From Octopus bimaculoides (lineage: Eukaryota), in NCBI RefSeq assembly GCF_001194135.2, contig NC_068996.1, positions 31,681,770 to 31,722,835 of the forward strand: DNA of 41,066 nt, given 5' to 3'. Made by a program: the position numbers and the translations under genes. Below are positions 23,870-36,599 of the stretch, piece by piece (the first letter of the stretch is position 1; each line of letters opens with the position of its first letter). Below the pieces are notes generated by a model that was not told where the DNA came from, did not search any database, and worked only from the letters and a program-made list of their open reading frames with translations.

Positions 23870-24152
23870 GGGGAACGAAGAAAATAGTAAGAGAAAGAAG
23901 ATGAAAAAAGGAGGTGGAAAAAGAGGAGGAGGAAGAAAAGGAGAAAATGAAAAGAGGAGGAAAAGAAGAAAAAGAGGAAGACAAAAAGGGAAATGAAGAA
24001 GAAAGAATAGGAGGAGGAGGGAGGGAATACTACAGCAGATGAATGCGATATAGAAGTAGAAAAGATGGAATGAGCTAAATAGAGAAATATAGAGTAGAAA
24101 AGAACAGTAGGGAAAAAAAACGGTAATAAAAGAAAGGAGGAAAAGAAAAACA
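23870..24152. repeat. Purine-rich (GA) low-complexity tract
   Basis: Direct reading. Confidence 0.8.
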
Positions 24153-24399
24153 AAACATGCTGCATTTGATGTGTAATTGTCCGCTTCTAAAGAGAACAAT
24201 GTAGCTGTTATTGAAAACTTCCTCCCTAACTAAAGAGGTTATGATTTGAAAAATCGCGGACGCAATTAATCTACAGCGCGTTTCAGCTTAATCGGTAATC
24301 AGTGAGCCAAGGTCGGCGATGTGTATCTTCAGGGAATTCTCAATGGCCCATCTATCCCGTCAGCAAGTCAGGCAGCAAACCGGCAAGCTAGCCAGGCTT

Positions 24400-24429
24400 T
24401 TATTATTATTACTATTATTATTATTATTA

Positions 24430-24493
<64 letters not shown>

Positions 24494-24540
24494 CATTATT
24501 ATTATTGTTGTTGTTATTTTTATTTTTATTTTTATTTTTA

Positions 24541-24610
<70 letters not shown>

Positions 24611-24625
24611 TATTATTATTATTCA
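24400..24625. repeat. (TTA)n microsatellite
   Basis: Direct reading. Confidence 0.95.
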
Positions 24626-25129
24626 TTTATATGTTACTGTTATGTTTTGGCTCGTTGGCGTGTTTTTCTTGTTGGTTGGTTGGCTGGCTACACGTCTCGG
24701 TTCAGCAGCCATTTTGATTTACTGTGCTAATGCATTATCGCACTGTTTTCCAGGTAGTCTGCATTGCATGCGTCCAGTTGATGAGAAAGCAATTTTCTTC
24801 GTCTAAGTTAAATAAAATAAATGAATATATAAATAAGATATTAGAAAAGAAAAGGAAAACAAATGGACAACATGAGCAGTGAGTGTTTATTGTTATATAT
24901 TTTTGTTGTTGTTTTTCTTTATCTATAGATTTCTTCAAGTTAACCCAGTCATTCAGTAGTCGTGTGCGTTTAAACCTGGCCATCTGGTGCATCGAATTTC
25001 ATCTGATATCACGTCAATGTGCTTGACTTTTTTCTTCAATAGACGACAAGCAACGTCACACAATCGTTCTTGCCCTCTCTTGCACCCATATACTCTCACT
25101 TACTACTGCTTTTATTGCAGCACAGCACA

Positions 25130-25470
25130 ATGCCTCCACCGATGCCGTCACCGCCGCTACCGCCACAGTCGACAACGCCATATACGTCACCACCACCACT
25201 ACCACCAACACCATTACTACAACAACTGTCACAACGACGACGACGACCACCGCCATCACCAGCAGCAGCAACAGCACCACCACCACCACCACCACCAGAG
25301 CCACCACCACCAGAGCCACCACCACCACCACCNNNNNNNNNNTTACAACCACTATCACAACTGTACTTCCACCACCACCACCACCACCACCAATACCAAC
25401 AACAACACTTCTCACTGCTAACACCAACGCTGTCACTACGGCTACCATCATAACCATTATTTCTACCACT
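25130..25470. repeat. CAC/CAA/CAG/CGA trinucleotide low-complexity tract containing a 10-nt gap at 25333-25342
   Basis: Direct reading. Confidence 0.9.
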
Positions 25471-26587
25471 ATCAACATTCCTGTTACCTTCACTACTGGT
25501 AATAATATTCTACGAATACTATCACCCTATGACCATTCCATTCTCACTCTTTCCTCTCACTCACTCACTCACTCACTCACTCTCACTCTCTCTGTCTCTC
25601 TATTTCTCTCTCTGTCTCTCTATTTCTCTTTCTGTCCCTTCTCTCACACATTTGTTTACTTTCTCTCACAAGGAGACTTTATCTTCAGTACATATTCGCT
25701 TATCGTTCCTACACTCTCTTTTCTTTCTCTCTCTATGATTCGCACTATCTTACATGCATATATTGATATCATCTCTTTCTATCCAACTCATTCCCTCTCT
25801 TGACATCTTTTTCTTTTTCTTCCTTTACTTTCTTTCATTTTTTTCTTTTTCTCTTTCTTTCTCTCCCTTGTTCCGTCTGTTATTTCTCCTCCACTCTTTG
25901 TCCTATTGTATTCACCCACTATTCCCTATGGTGAAGCTCATATCCACCCCGAGGGTATCGTTAATGTTTGATCTCAAACAGAAATAATGATTATTATTAA
26001 TTTCTCTGCGTCCCTACCCAAACATTACCACCAGCGTTTCCAACACCACTACCACCTTCACTAACACCACTGTCACTGCTATCGTCCAGTGACAAGTCTC
26101 CTGTTACACACACGTTTAAACGCTGGCACACGTACACTAAAACTATCTTAAGTACACATACAAAAAGATTCATTCATTCTTTCTACAGATATACAAACAC
26201 ACACACACTTCCATACATATAAACACAAATTTATACAAGCATGTGTATACAATCATCCATTTGATGACACACGCGCGTACGTAGAGGTGCAGATATACAT
26301 AAATGTAAGTGAATCATAAGGAAACATAGATATATATATATATATATAAGTCGTAGTCAATCTTGAATTGGCTTAGGGCTCATCTAGTATTGGCAATTTT
26401 ATATTTACCTCAGAAGTTTGTCACATTGGCATTATAATGCAATGAAACCACTAAAGTCATATTTTGCGATTCCTGAGCCCACTCGCGTAGAGAGATGTTT
26501 AATGACAATTGAGCATCAGTGGTTTGTTTCATATTACTTAAAGATATTTGCCTAGATAACGTTTGAAAGCATCGGAAAATTCATTTG

Positions 26588-26590
26588 TAT

Positions 26591-26644
<54 letters not shown>

Positions 26645-26700
26645 CTGTCTGTCTGTCTGTCTGTCTGTCTGCCTGTCTGTATCCATCAATCTATTTATCT
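26588..26700. repeat. (TATC)n(TGTC)n microsatellite
   Basis: Direct reading. Confidence 0.92.
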
Positions 26701-27040
26701 GTATGCATGTCTCTGTCCTACCCCATCTCTCTCTTCTGTATCATATATACGCATATACATATATTATATACATATGCATATATATATAATACAAATTATA
26801 TATGAGCATATGTATGTATACATACATATATGTACACATACATATATGTACATGCCTACATCTACATGTATATATAGATGCATATCCAGGTATAGGACGT
26901 CAAAAAAGGGATGGGAACATGAACAAAGCACAGAAAACGGCCTTTTTTTACGGACAACAGAATGAACACAGGAAAACAGACGAGCCACTTATGGAACTTT
27001 TCTTTCATCAGCTGCCTCTATTCTAAACTAGGCGTTTCGA

Positions 27041-27215
27041 GGCGCAGGCCCGGCTGTGTGGTAAGAAGTTTGCTTACCAGCCACATGGTTCTGGCTTCAG
27101 TCCCACTGCGTGACACCTTGACCAAGTGCCTTCTACTATAGCTTCGAGCAGACCAAAGCGTTGTAAGTGGATTTGGTAGACGGAAACTAAAAGAAGCCCG
27201 TCGTATATAAGTATG

Positions 27216-27279
<64 letters not shown>

Positions 27280-27500
27280 TGTGTTTGTCCAGCTCCCTCT
27301 GCGCCATCGCATCGCTTGACGACCATTGCTGGTGTATTCATGTCCCCTTAACCCTGTGGTTCGGCAAAAGAAATCGATAGAATAAGTACTAGGCTTACAA
27401 AGAATAAGTCCTGGGGTCGATTTGTTTGACTTAAGCCTTTTAAGGCAGTGCTTCAGCATGGCTGTAGTCAAATGACTGAAACAAGTAAAAAAATAAAAGA
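27041..27500 (+). mobile_element. Family 1 SINE, full-length and best preserved in the window
   Basis: GGCGCAGGCCCGGCTGTGTGGTAAG (A box), GGCTTCAGTCCC (B-box-like), internal (TA)(TG) tract, GATAGAATAAGTACTAGG core, CTGGGGTCGATTTG, AAAATAAAAGAA tail. Confidence 0.9.
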
Positions 27501-27559
27501 ATGAATACATATATATGTATGTCTGTGCATTCGATGTGTGTGTGTGTGTGTGTGTGTGT

Positions 27560-27978
27560 NNNNNNNNNNNNNNNNNNNNNNNNNNNNNNNNNNNNNNNNN
27601 NNNNNNNNNNNNNNNNNNNNNNNNNNNNNNNNNNNNNNNNNNNNNNNNNNNNNNNNNNNNNNNNNNNNNNNNNNNNNNNNNNNNNNNNNNNNNNNNNNNN
27701 NNNNNNNNNNNNNNNNNNNNNNNNNNNNNNNNNNNNNNNNNNNNNNNNNNNNNNNNNNNNNNNNNNNNNNNNNNNNNNNNNNNNNNNNNNNNNNNNNNNN
27801 NNNNNNNNNNNNNNNNNNNNNNNNNNNNNNNNNNNNNNNNNNNNNNNNNNNNNNNNNNNNNNNNNNNNNNNNNNNNNNNNNNNNNNNNNNNNNNNNNNNN
27901 NNNNNNNNNNNNNNNNNNNNNNNNNNNNNNNNNNNNNNNNNNNNNNNNNNNNNNNNNNNNNNNNNNNNNNNNNNNNNN
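27560..27978. other. Assembly gap between (TG)n and (CA)n
   Basis: N run. Confidence 0.99.
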
Positions 27979-28022
<44 letters not shown>

Positions 28023-28026
<4 letters not shown>

Positions 28027-28584
28027 ATACCTCACTTTACGAGGACCCGCTTTACGAGATCCCAATTTTACGAGTTTTATTTTTCATGCACAAACCTAAA
28101 TTTTGAACAAAGTGCAAACATTTCGAGTACCATAACAAATGATTCTGCGTCTTAGCGAGAAATTTATAGAATTTGAAAAAAAGTTTCTTCTACGCAAATA
28201 ACTATAGAATTGTTTTTTTTTAAAAGAAATCTACAAGTCCATCCATCTACGAGTGCTTGTGAATCGGTGATCGCGTCTACAAGTAATGGTGTGTGTGAGT
28301 CTAGCGCGAGTGAAAGTGATTCAGAAAATGATTATGATAATAATATTCTTTATTATAAATGATCTAGACATTCTTTTTACTTTGCATAAAATATTTTTTA
28401 CATTCTATTGTTGTTTCATTGTTATTAATTTATGAGTATTATAAATTTTATAGATAAAATATTTTTCTGGGAATGAATTACGATTTATAACATTACTAGT
28501 ATGGGAAATTACTGCTCTGCTTTATGAGTTCTCGTTTTACGAGTGGTCTCTGGGAAAAAGTTAAGTCGTATATCGAGGCATTTA
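28023..28584. mobile_element. Tigger/pogo-like MITE
   Basis: Left end AGTAATACCTCACTTTACGAG; right end reverse-complemented is TAAATGCCTCGATATACGAC. TTTACGAG motifs recur near both ends, and the interior is AT-rich and non-coding. Confidence 0.5.
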
Positions 28585-28749
28585 TATATATATAAACACA
28601 CACACACACACGCACACGGACTCACGTAAATACATAAACACACATATAGACATATATGTATACTTTGTCTACTTCTTTTCTTTCATTTTAAAACAAAAAA
28701 CCTTGCATACTCATGTATGTGTTTACGTGTGAATGAATATAAGTATGCA

Positions 28750-28880
28750 TGCATATGTGGTTAGAAGCTTGTTTCCGGGTTCACTCCCACTGTGTAACAC
28801 CTTGGTCAAGAGTCTTCTTCTATAATCTCGGCCTTGTGAGTGGATTTGGTAGACGGAAACTGAAAGAAGCCCGTCGTATA
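28750..28880 (+). mobile_element. Family 1 SINE, 5' half
   Basis: GGGTTCACTCCCACTG..CCTTGTGAGTGGATTTGGTAGACGGAAACTGAAAGAAGCCCGTCG. Confidence 0.8.
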
Positions 28881-29020
28881 AATATATAAATGCATATGTA
28901 CACATTGTAGTTGATAAAGCCTACACGCACAAGAATAATACGATTAGTTCCAGCTCATAGACACAGACACATATGATAACCACACACTAATACATTTATA
29001 CATACAGACACAGAGAAATA

Positions 29021-30160
29021 CGAAGGTCAGCTGAAAAGTTCATAGTTTGACCAAGATGCTTTCATGGAATATCACCAAATGAGGTTTATTTTTCGACATA
29101 GTCGAACAGATGATAAAACAGATGATAGTCAGATTGGGCCAAATTAGGAGAAAGGGAAGTGTGATCAACCAGCTCAAAACCGTAATCATCAACAGTACCC
29201 ACTGAAATCAAGGACTTGTATGCTGGAGCATTGTCCTGATGAGATGAAACCTCTTTCGTCAGTTTTCCTGGGCATTTGGTCTTGGTAGCCTTTCGTAACT
29301 GCCTCAGCAAGTTGGCATAGTACTTTCCATTGATTGTGTCGCTCTTTTCAAGATAGTTAATAAACACTATGCTTTTTGCATCCGAAAAAACTAAGGCTAT
29401 CACTCTCCCTGCGGATAAAACGATCTTGGCTTTTTTTCGAACAAGTAAAAGGGTGTTTCCACTGCCCGGCTTGTCTCTTTGTCTCTGGATCAAAGTGATG
29501 AACACAACATTCATCCTGGCTATGGGAACGTTCAAGGAAATCAGGTCGATCTGGTCAAACAATGTCAGATATTTCCGTGATGTGATCAGCCTGGTGCGCT
29601 TTTGATCAGGTGTCAGAAAACGTGGCGATCACCGAGCTGAAACCGTCATGTCAAATTCATTGTACAAAATATTTTCGACTCTGTCACGGGATATGTTAAT
29701 AGCATCGACTATTTGATTTATAGTCAATAGCCTGTTATCCATCACCATGTGGTGAACATGATCAATGTTTACCTAAGTGGTGGCAATTGCAGGAAGTCTC
29801 GACCTTGGGTTATCTTCGAGATTCTTCCTTCTCTTCCTAAGTACAGCTACCCAATTTTGTACTCTTGATAAAGCTAGGGCACCATACCCTAGTATAGCAA
29901 CCATGTCAGCATGCATGTCTCTGGAGGCTAAACCGTTATTTCTGCATGTACTTGATAATACCACAATGCCAAATTTTGTCCATTTTCAAAGAACAGTCGC
30001 TACCAGTTACCTTTGAAGCCTTCTTTGAACAGTGAGATATATGTTTACCTGGAAAGAAACAATGCAGTTATTAATAAGAAGGGTTGAAATTAACGCAAGC
30101 AAGATTTCACAGCTCTAGCATCATTCTTTGTCAGCCTATGAACTTTTCAGCTTACCTTCG
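29021..30160 (-). mobile_element. Mariner (DD34D-type) transposon, near full length, decayed
   Basis: TIRs CGAAGGTCAGCTGAAAAGTTCATAG and (reverse complement) CGAAGGTAAGCTGAAAAGTTCATAG, with TA at 29019-29020 and 30161-30162. HTH region at 29964-29773. Catalytic region HQDNAPAY..SPNLAQSDYHLF at 29562-29086, with the C-terminus partly deleted. Confidence 0.92.
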
Positions 30161-30321
30161 TACATCCACATAGCACTGTAATGCTATGTGAAAATCATAG
30201 CTACGTAAATCATAGGTGCACACTAGTTCTGAAGACGTTATAGAAGTTAATGATAACAGCTGGATCTATGTCATAAATTAACTTTTTAAAAGACAAACCT
30301 GAACAGCAAGATGTGTGTGAG

Positions 30322-30445
<124 letters not shown>

Positions 30446-30839
30446 AAACAGACAGACTGACAGGAGACAGAGAGAGACGAAGAAACAGACGTGCAAATCG
30501 ACAGACATAAACAAAGATAGAGAGGTTATAGAATATTATATAAGCATAAATGATACTGAGACAACGAAAAAGAAGAGAACGTAATCGATGATGACACGAC
30601 GTCGACGACGATAACGATGATGATGATTCTCTTTTTCTTTCCCCTTCTTTTCCTCTTCATCGACATTATCAGGATTATCTTCATTATACTCATCATCTTC
30701 ATTCTTAACATCAAGATGATAGAACTTCTATAAGATCGCTTGACTTGCTAAAAGTAACGGCCAAATCCCTTTTAAAAGAAAGCAATTCATTGGATACGGT
30801 TCGGGATATTAAGAATTGGTCATTATCACAACTACCACC

Positions 30840-31072
<233 letters not shown>

Positions 31073-32214
31073 CTGACTCATTAACAGCAGAGATTTTTAA
31101 TTGAATAGGTTCAGACCAAATACTGAAATCATTTAGTTTAGCACAATACCATATTTGTCAAAGCGCTGCTACTTTCGCGAGAGATGTTAGGAAAGCTATT
31201 GCAGAATAGTTAAATAACTCACATTAAATACTGAATTTAATGATAATAATAAGATAATAGTTATCAATATATTTACTTTCTGAATACTCTTTTACAGCTA
31301 TAATAGAATAAACTTAGATAAGCTAATGGAATATCTTAGATAAAATAACCAGAAAGGTGGTGTCAGAGTTACATATCGACCGCCTTAAATCAGACACTGA
31401 TTTAATATATCTACTTTGAGCACGTTCAATCGTCTTTATACTGATATAGAACTGCTTCAAAATAACCATAGTGGGTCAGAAAAGTATTTAAATGAGAATA
31501 AGAAGAATCTAATAATTAATTTTTTTAAGTGAACAAAATTACTCTCAGTTAAGGAAATAAGGATAGCAAATTATGATACTGAAGACAAAAAATATTGCCC
31601 AAAATTCCGACAGAAAGATAAAAAATGAAAAAAAAAGTTATGGGACGGGTATTCAAATGGTAATGTGATAAAATAATCAAGTCAGATGTGGTTAGAATCG
31701 AGTGACGGGTGAAAAAAGATTGCTTGAGAAAGACATTTCAGCTTCTAGAGTACGGATTTTTGCCATAGATAGGATGGCAATGTTCCAAATGTTAAGTTAA
31801 TGGACTTGGATTAAAGGTGATATAAAAAGGAATGCATGATTGGTTACGGCTCTTTGTGTTGGTAATGCTAATGGCAGCGGTGTCAGTGGTGTTGTTGCTA
31901 TGGTTGTGTATAGCCCGAATACAGGTTTCACTGAGAAAATCTGTAGCTTACACAACTCTAGATCAAGATATGACACACATCTAATTATATAATTCAAGAT
32001 AGTACTGCACATTTCGTCGTCAGTGATGAATTATTTACGGTGCCGCGTGGAAGTTTTGTCATGTTGCGCCATTTGCACTCTTTAATCCGTTCCATTTCTA
32101 TATTTGTATGAATTCTTGTGAGAACCATAACAGTAATATGTGCAGTAATATAGGTGTGTATGTATGTATATATACATATATATATATGTATGTAAACACA
32201 CACACTCACACATA

Positions 32215-33066
32215 CGAGGTCTGATGACTAAGTATTCGTACTGTTGCCATAGTAACGAAACTAAAGAACACAGAGTGAAGCCGCTTGGAGAAGATTGACT
32301 TGAACACTGCTGTGCATGCTCACTAAGCTTTAACGTTCTAGCTCACTTTCGCTGTTTACAGCAGTGCTTGGAAGAAAGGTGTGTAGCATGTGATCGTCGC
32401 ATTGACTATGAAGAGAGAAAGTTGTCGTGGCGATACCTGCTCAGATGCCTACACAAAGTTACAGAAAGTGTATGGAGAGGAGAGTATGAGCGGTACACAA
32501 GTGTACGAGTAGTTCAGACGTTTCCAAGATGGCCTTAAAAATGTCGATATTGACAAACGTTCTGGGAGACTCGCAACCAGCAGAACTAAGAAAAACATCG
32601 CAGATGTGCGTGCAGCTGCGAGAGGAAATCGTCGAATCACCATCTGTGAGTTATCAGAGGATGTGCAGATTAGTTACGGTTCAGTCCAGTCCATTATCAT
32701 TGAAGTTTGTGCCAAAACTGCTTTCAGCTGACCGAAAGGGAACTCGGGTTTCAGAAGATCTTGATTGTGTCGAGAACAAAGAAAACTTTTTGAAAACTTA
32801 GGCCTCTGAGCAGGTATCGCCAAGCTTTTGGCAAAATTTGATGCAGATTCTCTGCTCAACTTGCTCTGTCGAATTCAATGCGATTATCACACGCTACACA
32901 CCTTCCTTGCAAGCACTGCTATAAACAACGGAAATGAACTAGGCCATTAAAACTTTGTGCACATGCACAGTAGAGTCTAAGATCAATCTGTGCCAGACGG
33001 CTTTACTCTGTGTGCTTTAGCTTCGTTACTATGGCAACAGTTTGGATACTTATTGAGTAGACCACG
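32215..33066 (+). mobile_element. Mariner derivative with two inverted 5' ends (arms ~240-270 bp)
   Basis: TA at 32213-32214 and 33067-33068. Arms at 32215-32451 and 32799-33066 are inverted homologues. The centre encodes DAYTKLQKVYGEESMS..KRSGR..NRRITICELSEDVQISYGSV..FVPKLLS..ENFLKT. Confidence 0.88.
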
Positions 33067-33526
33067 TACATACATATATATTTCTGGACATACGCTAACG
33101 CAGTAACAAGTGTGCTTTGGAAAAAAGTATCGCTTGAAAAAGCTAAAAGTACAAACTGATCCCATTCGATACCTATAACATATTCTCTTATGTTATGGAT
33201 CTTTCACTGCATGTCTTTCTATTAAATTGTGTGTGTTTAGTTACGGTTGAAATATTATCGAATTTCTTTCAACCTGACTATTCTAACACAGTTTCTCTTG
33301 TCGACGTTATCTCTCATACCTTGTCTTCCTTCAGCTGTATCTTACTGCTCTTAATCCTCATCTCCGTCCTCATCCTCGTCAACTTTCTCTCCTCTTCCCC
33401 TGGCTCTTGTGTCGTAGTTTCTATTTTCATAGAGCCTCTACTCTTATTCCGCAAATCCGAATTAAATTATTTGATCTCAGGCTAATACCAGTTCGTGTGC
33501 GTTTGTGAGTGTGTGTGTGTATTTAT

Positions 33527-33539
33527 GGAGAGAGAGAGA

Positions 33540-33612
<73 letters not shown>
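33527..33612. repeat. (GA)n microsatellite
   Basis: Direct reading. Confidence 0.97.
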
Positions 33613-33614
<2 letters not shown>

Positions 33615-33617
<3 letters not shown>

Positions 33618-33950
33618 AATTCCTTCGCCGAAGCGTCCTTATCCTCTAGGTTGATGAAGTACTGCGAGCGCAGGAACAAGTAATAATCCAATGGAGCAAG
33701 GTCCGGACTAGATGCCGGATGTGGGATCAGTTTGACGCGTACATGTTTCTGATGTTTGTATTGGGTCGTTCGATCGGTGTGAGGTCTTTCGTTTTCTTCA
33801 TACAGAAGAGCACACTTTCTGTTAACCAAAAGATTTGGCGTATATATTCACTCCAGCTGTTTGGAGTACAAGTTGGCATCGATGGTTCGACCGCCCGGAA
33901 CAGACACGTAGTGAATTCCACCGAAGGCAGATCATCGCCTTATGTTTGAA
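33615..33950 (-). pseudogene. Mariner transposase catalytic-domain fragment
   Basis: LLYEENERPH..KLIPHPASSPDLAPLDYYLF (compare HDNARPH and YSPDLAPSDY). No TIRs found. Confidence 0.75.
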
Positions 33951-34039
33951 ACGCCCATGTTTGGCGACAGATTCCAAAAGCAGGCCCTAGCAACAGATTC
34001 CTGAAGCAGGCCCTTGCTTAATCACTGCTTATGCAAACT

Positions 34040-34870
34040 AGGATTGCGGAAAAATATTTTCGTGTTCCGGATTATATCTTGTTCCGATCCATTTCTCATT
34101 ACTTGCGCTCGGGACGCTTCATCAATCAAGACACTCACATACATAGCTTGTGCACACCCCCACATACACATACTACATACACGTCTAGCGAATACGCACG
34201 CACACACCCACACATACGCGCGCGCGCACACACGTTGCCATATCCTGGCATGACCAAAAATCTCTTCATATACACCAATACACACGCACACACACACACG
34301 TGCAGATATACATATACGCACATATACACATAGAGGCATATGCAAACATTATTATACACATATACACACACATACATCCATACACACGCACATACGTACA
34401 CACACAAATACATATATACATACACAGCAACACCAATGCACTCCCACAATTGTCACCTCACCTCTCACCACCAAATCTAACTGCAACTGCTAACCTGTCT
34501 ACACCATTATTCACACATCGTTCACATAAACACAAACATCTACACACTCACGCTCACCATTTTTGCACTTTGCTGTCTTAAAAACCACTTTCTCTCTCTC
34601 TCTTCCCCTTCCGGTCACTTCAGCCATATAGTCACACACTTTATTTTCCTGGACATTCTTTCTTCTCTCCCTACTTTTGCTCTCTCCTTTTTCTGACGAA
34701 GACCCATGCTCGAAACGTTATATTCTGCTTTTTTTCTTTTATACTCTATACTTAGAGTCAACTTAATACATTCCATGTGTCCATATACATGAACGAGAGG
34801 AGTGAAAGAAACTGAGGGAACAAATTTCAACATTCTACTCTAGCGTCTACCCATTACAACCATGATTATG
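34040..34870 (+). mobile_element. Third Penelope-like remnant: ORF tail, CA-rich UTR, hammerhead-like terminus
   Basis: ~34095-34125 translates FSLLALGTLHQ (compare the LGTL.P C-terminal motif). A CA-rich tract follows, organised like 16560-17030, then CTGACGAAGACCCATGCTCGAAACGT at 34693-34718. Confidence 0.55.
34688..34722 (+). ncRNA. Minimal hammerhead-ribozyme-like motif with a canonical core
   Basis: CTGACGA (34693-34699), A, GACC-CAT-GCTC (one stem mismatch), GAAA (34712-34715), palindromic ACGT, GUU triplet. Confidence 0.5.
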
Positions 34871-35099
34871 TGTATGTCTGCGAGTTTTCATCTCTTCATA
34901 TCCTAAATGTTATACGTGCATGTATGCATGCATTCACATACATACATACATACATACATACATACATACAAACATATACATACAAACACACATGTGTCTA
35001 TATATATATATTTATATACACACACACATACATATATATACATGTATATATATATATATATTTATATACATAATGCATATATATATATACATACATACA

Positions 35100-35140
<41 letters not shown>

Positions 35141-35181
35141 NNNNNNNNNNNNNNNNNNNNNNNNNNNNNNNNNNNNNNNNN
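35141..35181. other. Assembly gap within a (TA)n tract
   Basis: N run. Confidence 0.99.
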
Positions 35182-35254
35182 TATATACATGTACACACAC
35201 ATACACACACTTATGTTTGCATCGTCGAATTTATGTGCATAAATAAACGCACAT

Positions 35255-35298
35255 ATCCATCCATCCAACCATCCATCCATCCATCCATCCATCCATCC

Positions 35299-35378
<80 letters not shown>
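35255..35378. repeat. (CCAT)n(CTAT)n(CTGT)n compound microsatellite
   Basis: Direct reading. Confidence 0.95.
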
Positions 35379-35379
<1 letters not shown>

Positions 35380-36085
35380 CTTACACGCGCGCACACACAT
35401 GATGCATTTCCCTGTGTCTGTGTATGTATATATATGTGTGTGTGTGTGAGTACATGTGTATTTGTGTGTGTTTGTGTGAGTACGTGTGTGTTTGTGTGTG
35501 TGTGTGTGTCTATGTGTGTGTGCGTGTACGTGCGCGCGCATATGTGTGTGTGTGTACGTGAGCGAGAAAAGGCACGTGTGGTGACAGTCGAGCACGTTTA
35601 ATATTACGCAGTTAACATTAAAAGCATGGAAATTTATAAGACAGATGTGGCTAAAGTATTATACTCTGATATCTCATAAATCACTGCTTCAAATGATATA
35701 CAATAACAAACTTCTCTGCCGTTTTCTCGCTCGCTCTTTTTCATACGCTTTTTCTCTGTCTGTCTGTCTCTCTGTCTGTCTGTCTCACTGTCTGACTGAC
35801 TCTGTCTCTTTGTCTATCACTGTATCTGCGCGTCTGGCTACCTTTCTGTTTGCTGTCTGTATAAATTTTGTCATTTTCTCTCAATTCCACTCTTCCTCAC
35901 CCTCTTTCTATCTGTATTCCCCCTCCACACATATTCAATTCATTCAGCTTCTGGTTTTGCCCAGCTACTTGGACTGTTTACGAATATTTTCTCATACTTA
36001 GTTCTCAGCTAAAAATGATTTGCACATTAAATACTTTAATTAATCTGCAACATAATATTTATATTGTTGTTGTTGTTGTTATTAG

Positions 36086-36571
36086 TGAGTGAGAGAGTAG
36101 CGCGTGCCATTAGAGTGGCAATGGGGTACAAATATACCCATCATGAATATATCCATCATGAATACCGTCTTATAAGGGTACATGAGGCACACACATGACA
36201 ATATGTACGCGAGATGACGCTCACGTATCAAGGTAAACAGTACATGACCATGCAGGTGGAACCCAACTAAAATTTTACTCAGTTTGAGTAGCTCATCCTG
36301 CTCAAAACATCATTGAATGAGGGTTGTTTAAGGAACGAAACACCCATGTTTCCAGAGGTGAATTATTAAAACCCAAAGAATTCCTCTCAACAAATGGCTA
36401 TAATGCTCCCCACTACTTCTGCTCGTGATCAGAGATGCACATATTGTCAGCCACCAAGGGACATGCTCAACTGGTTAAGGTCAAACAACTGACAAGCAGA
36501 ATATTTGTTGTAGCAGAATATTTGTTGTAACCTATCTTTTTACCAAGGCAAAACATGTACATATCACTTCC
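36086..36571. mobile_element. ~500-bp interspersed repeat, copy B (older and truncated)
   Basis: Colinear with 40406-40870, with long near-identical blocks such as ACACCCATGTTTCCA.AGGTGAATTATT and CTACTTCTGCTC.TGATCAGAGATGCACATAT.GTCAGCCACCAAGGGACATGCTCAA. Preceded by (TTG)n. Confidence 0.85.
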
Positions 36572-36599
36572 TATTATCATTTTCATATACACACATCAG

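Noticed and set aside
23374-25493. Poly-Ile/Leu/Tyr/Asn/His/Pro ORFs (also 30745-31104 and 39505-39861)
   Set aside because: Translations of trinucleotide microsatellites with no domain content or splice context
26385-26452. Three ATTGGC (reverse CCAAT-like) motifs in ~65 bp
   Set aside because: Short motifs with no nearby transcription start evidence; could be chance
27041-27115. tRNA-like sequence with A and B boxes
   Set aside because: It is a SINE head that continues into SINE body and tail, with no convincing cloverleaf
27535-28021. (TG)n and (CA)n facing each other across a gap (the reverse arrangement occurs at 2385-2816)
   Set aside because: The intervening sequence is unknown and contig orientation across microsatellite gaps is unreliable, so a hairpin cannot be claimed
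33966-34012. Two-copy ~26-bp repeat ACAGATTCC..AAGCAGGCCCT
   Set aside because: Only two diverged units at an element junction; a simple local duplication
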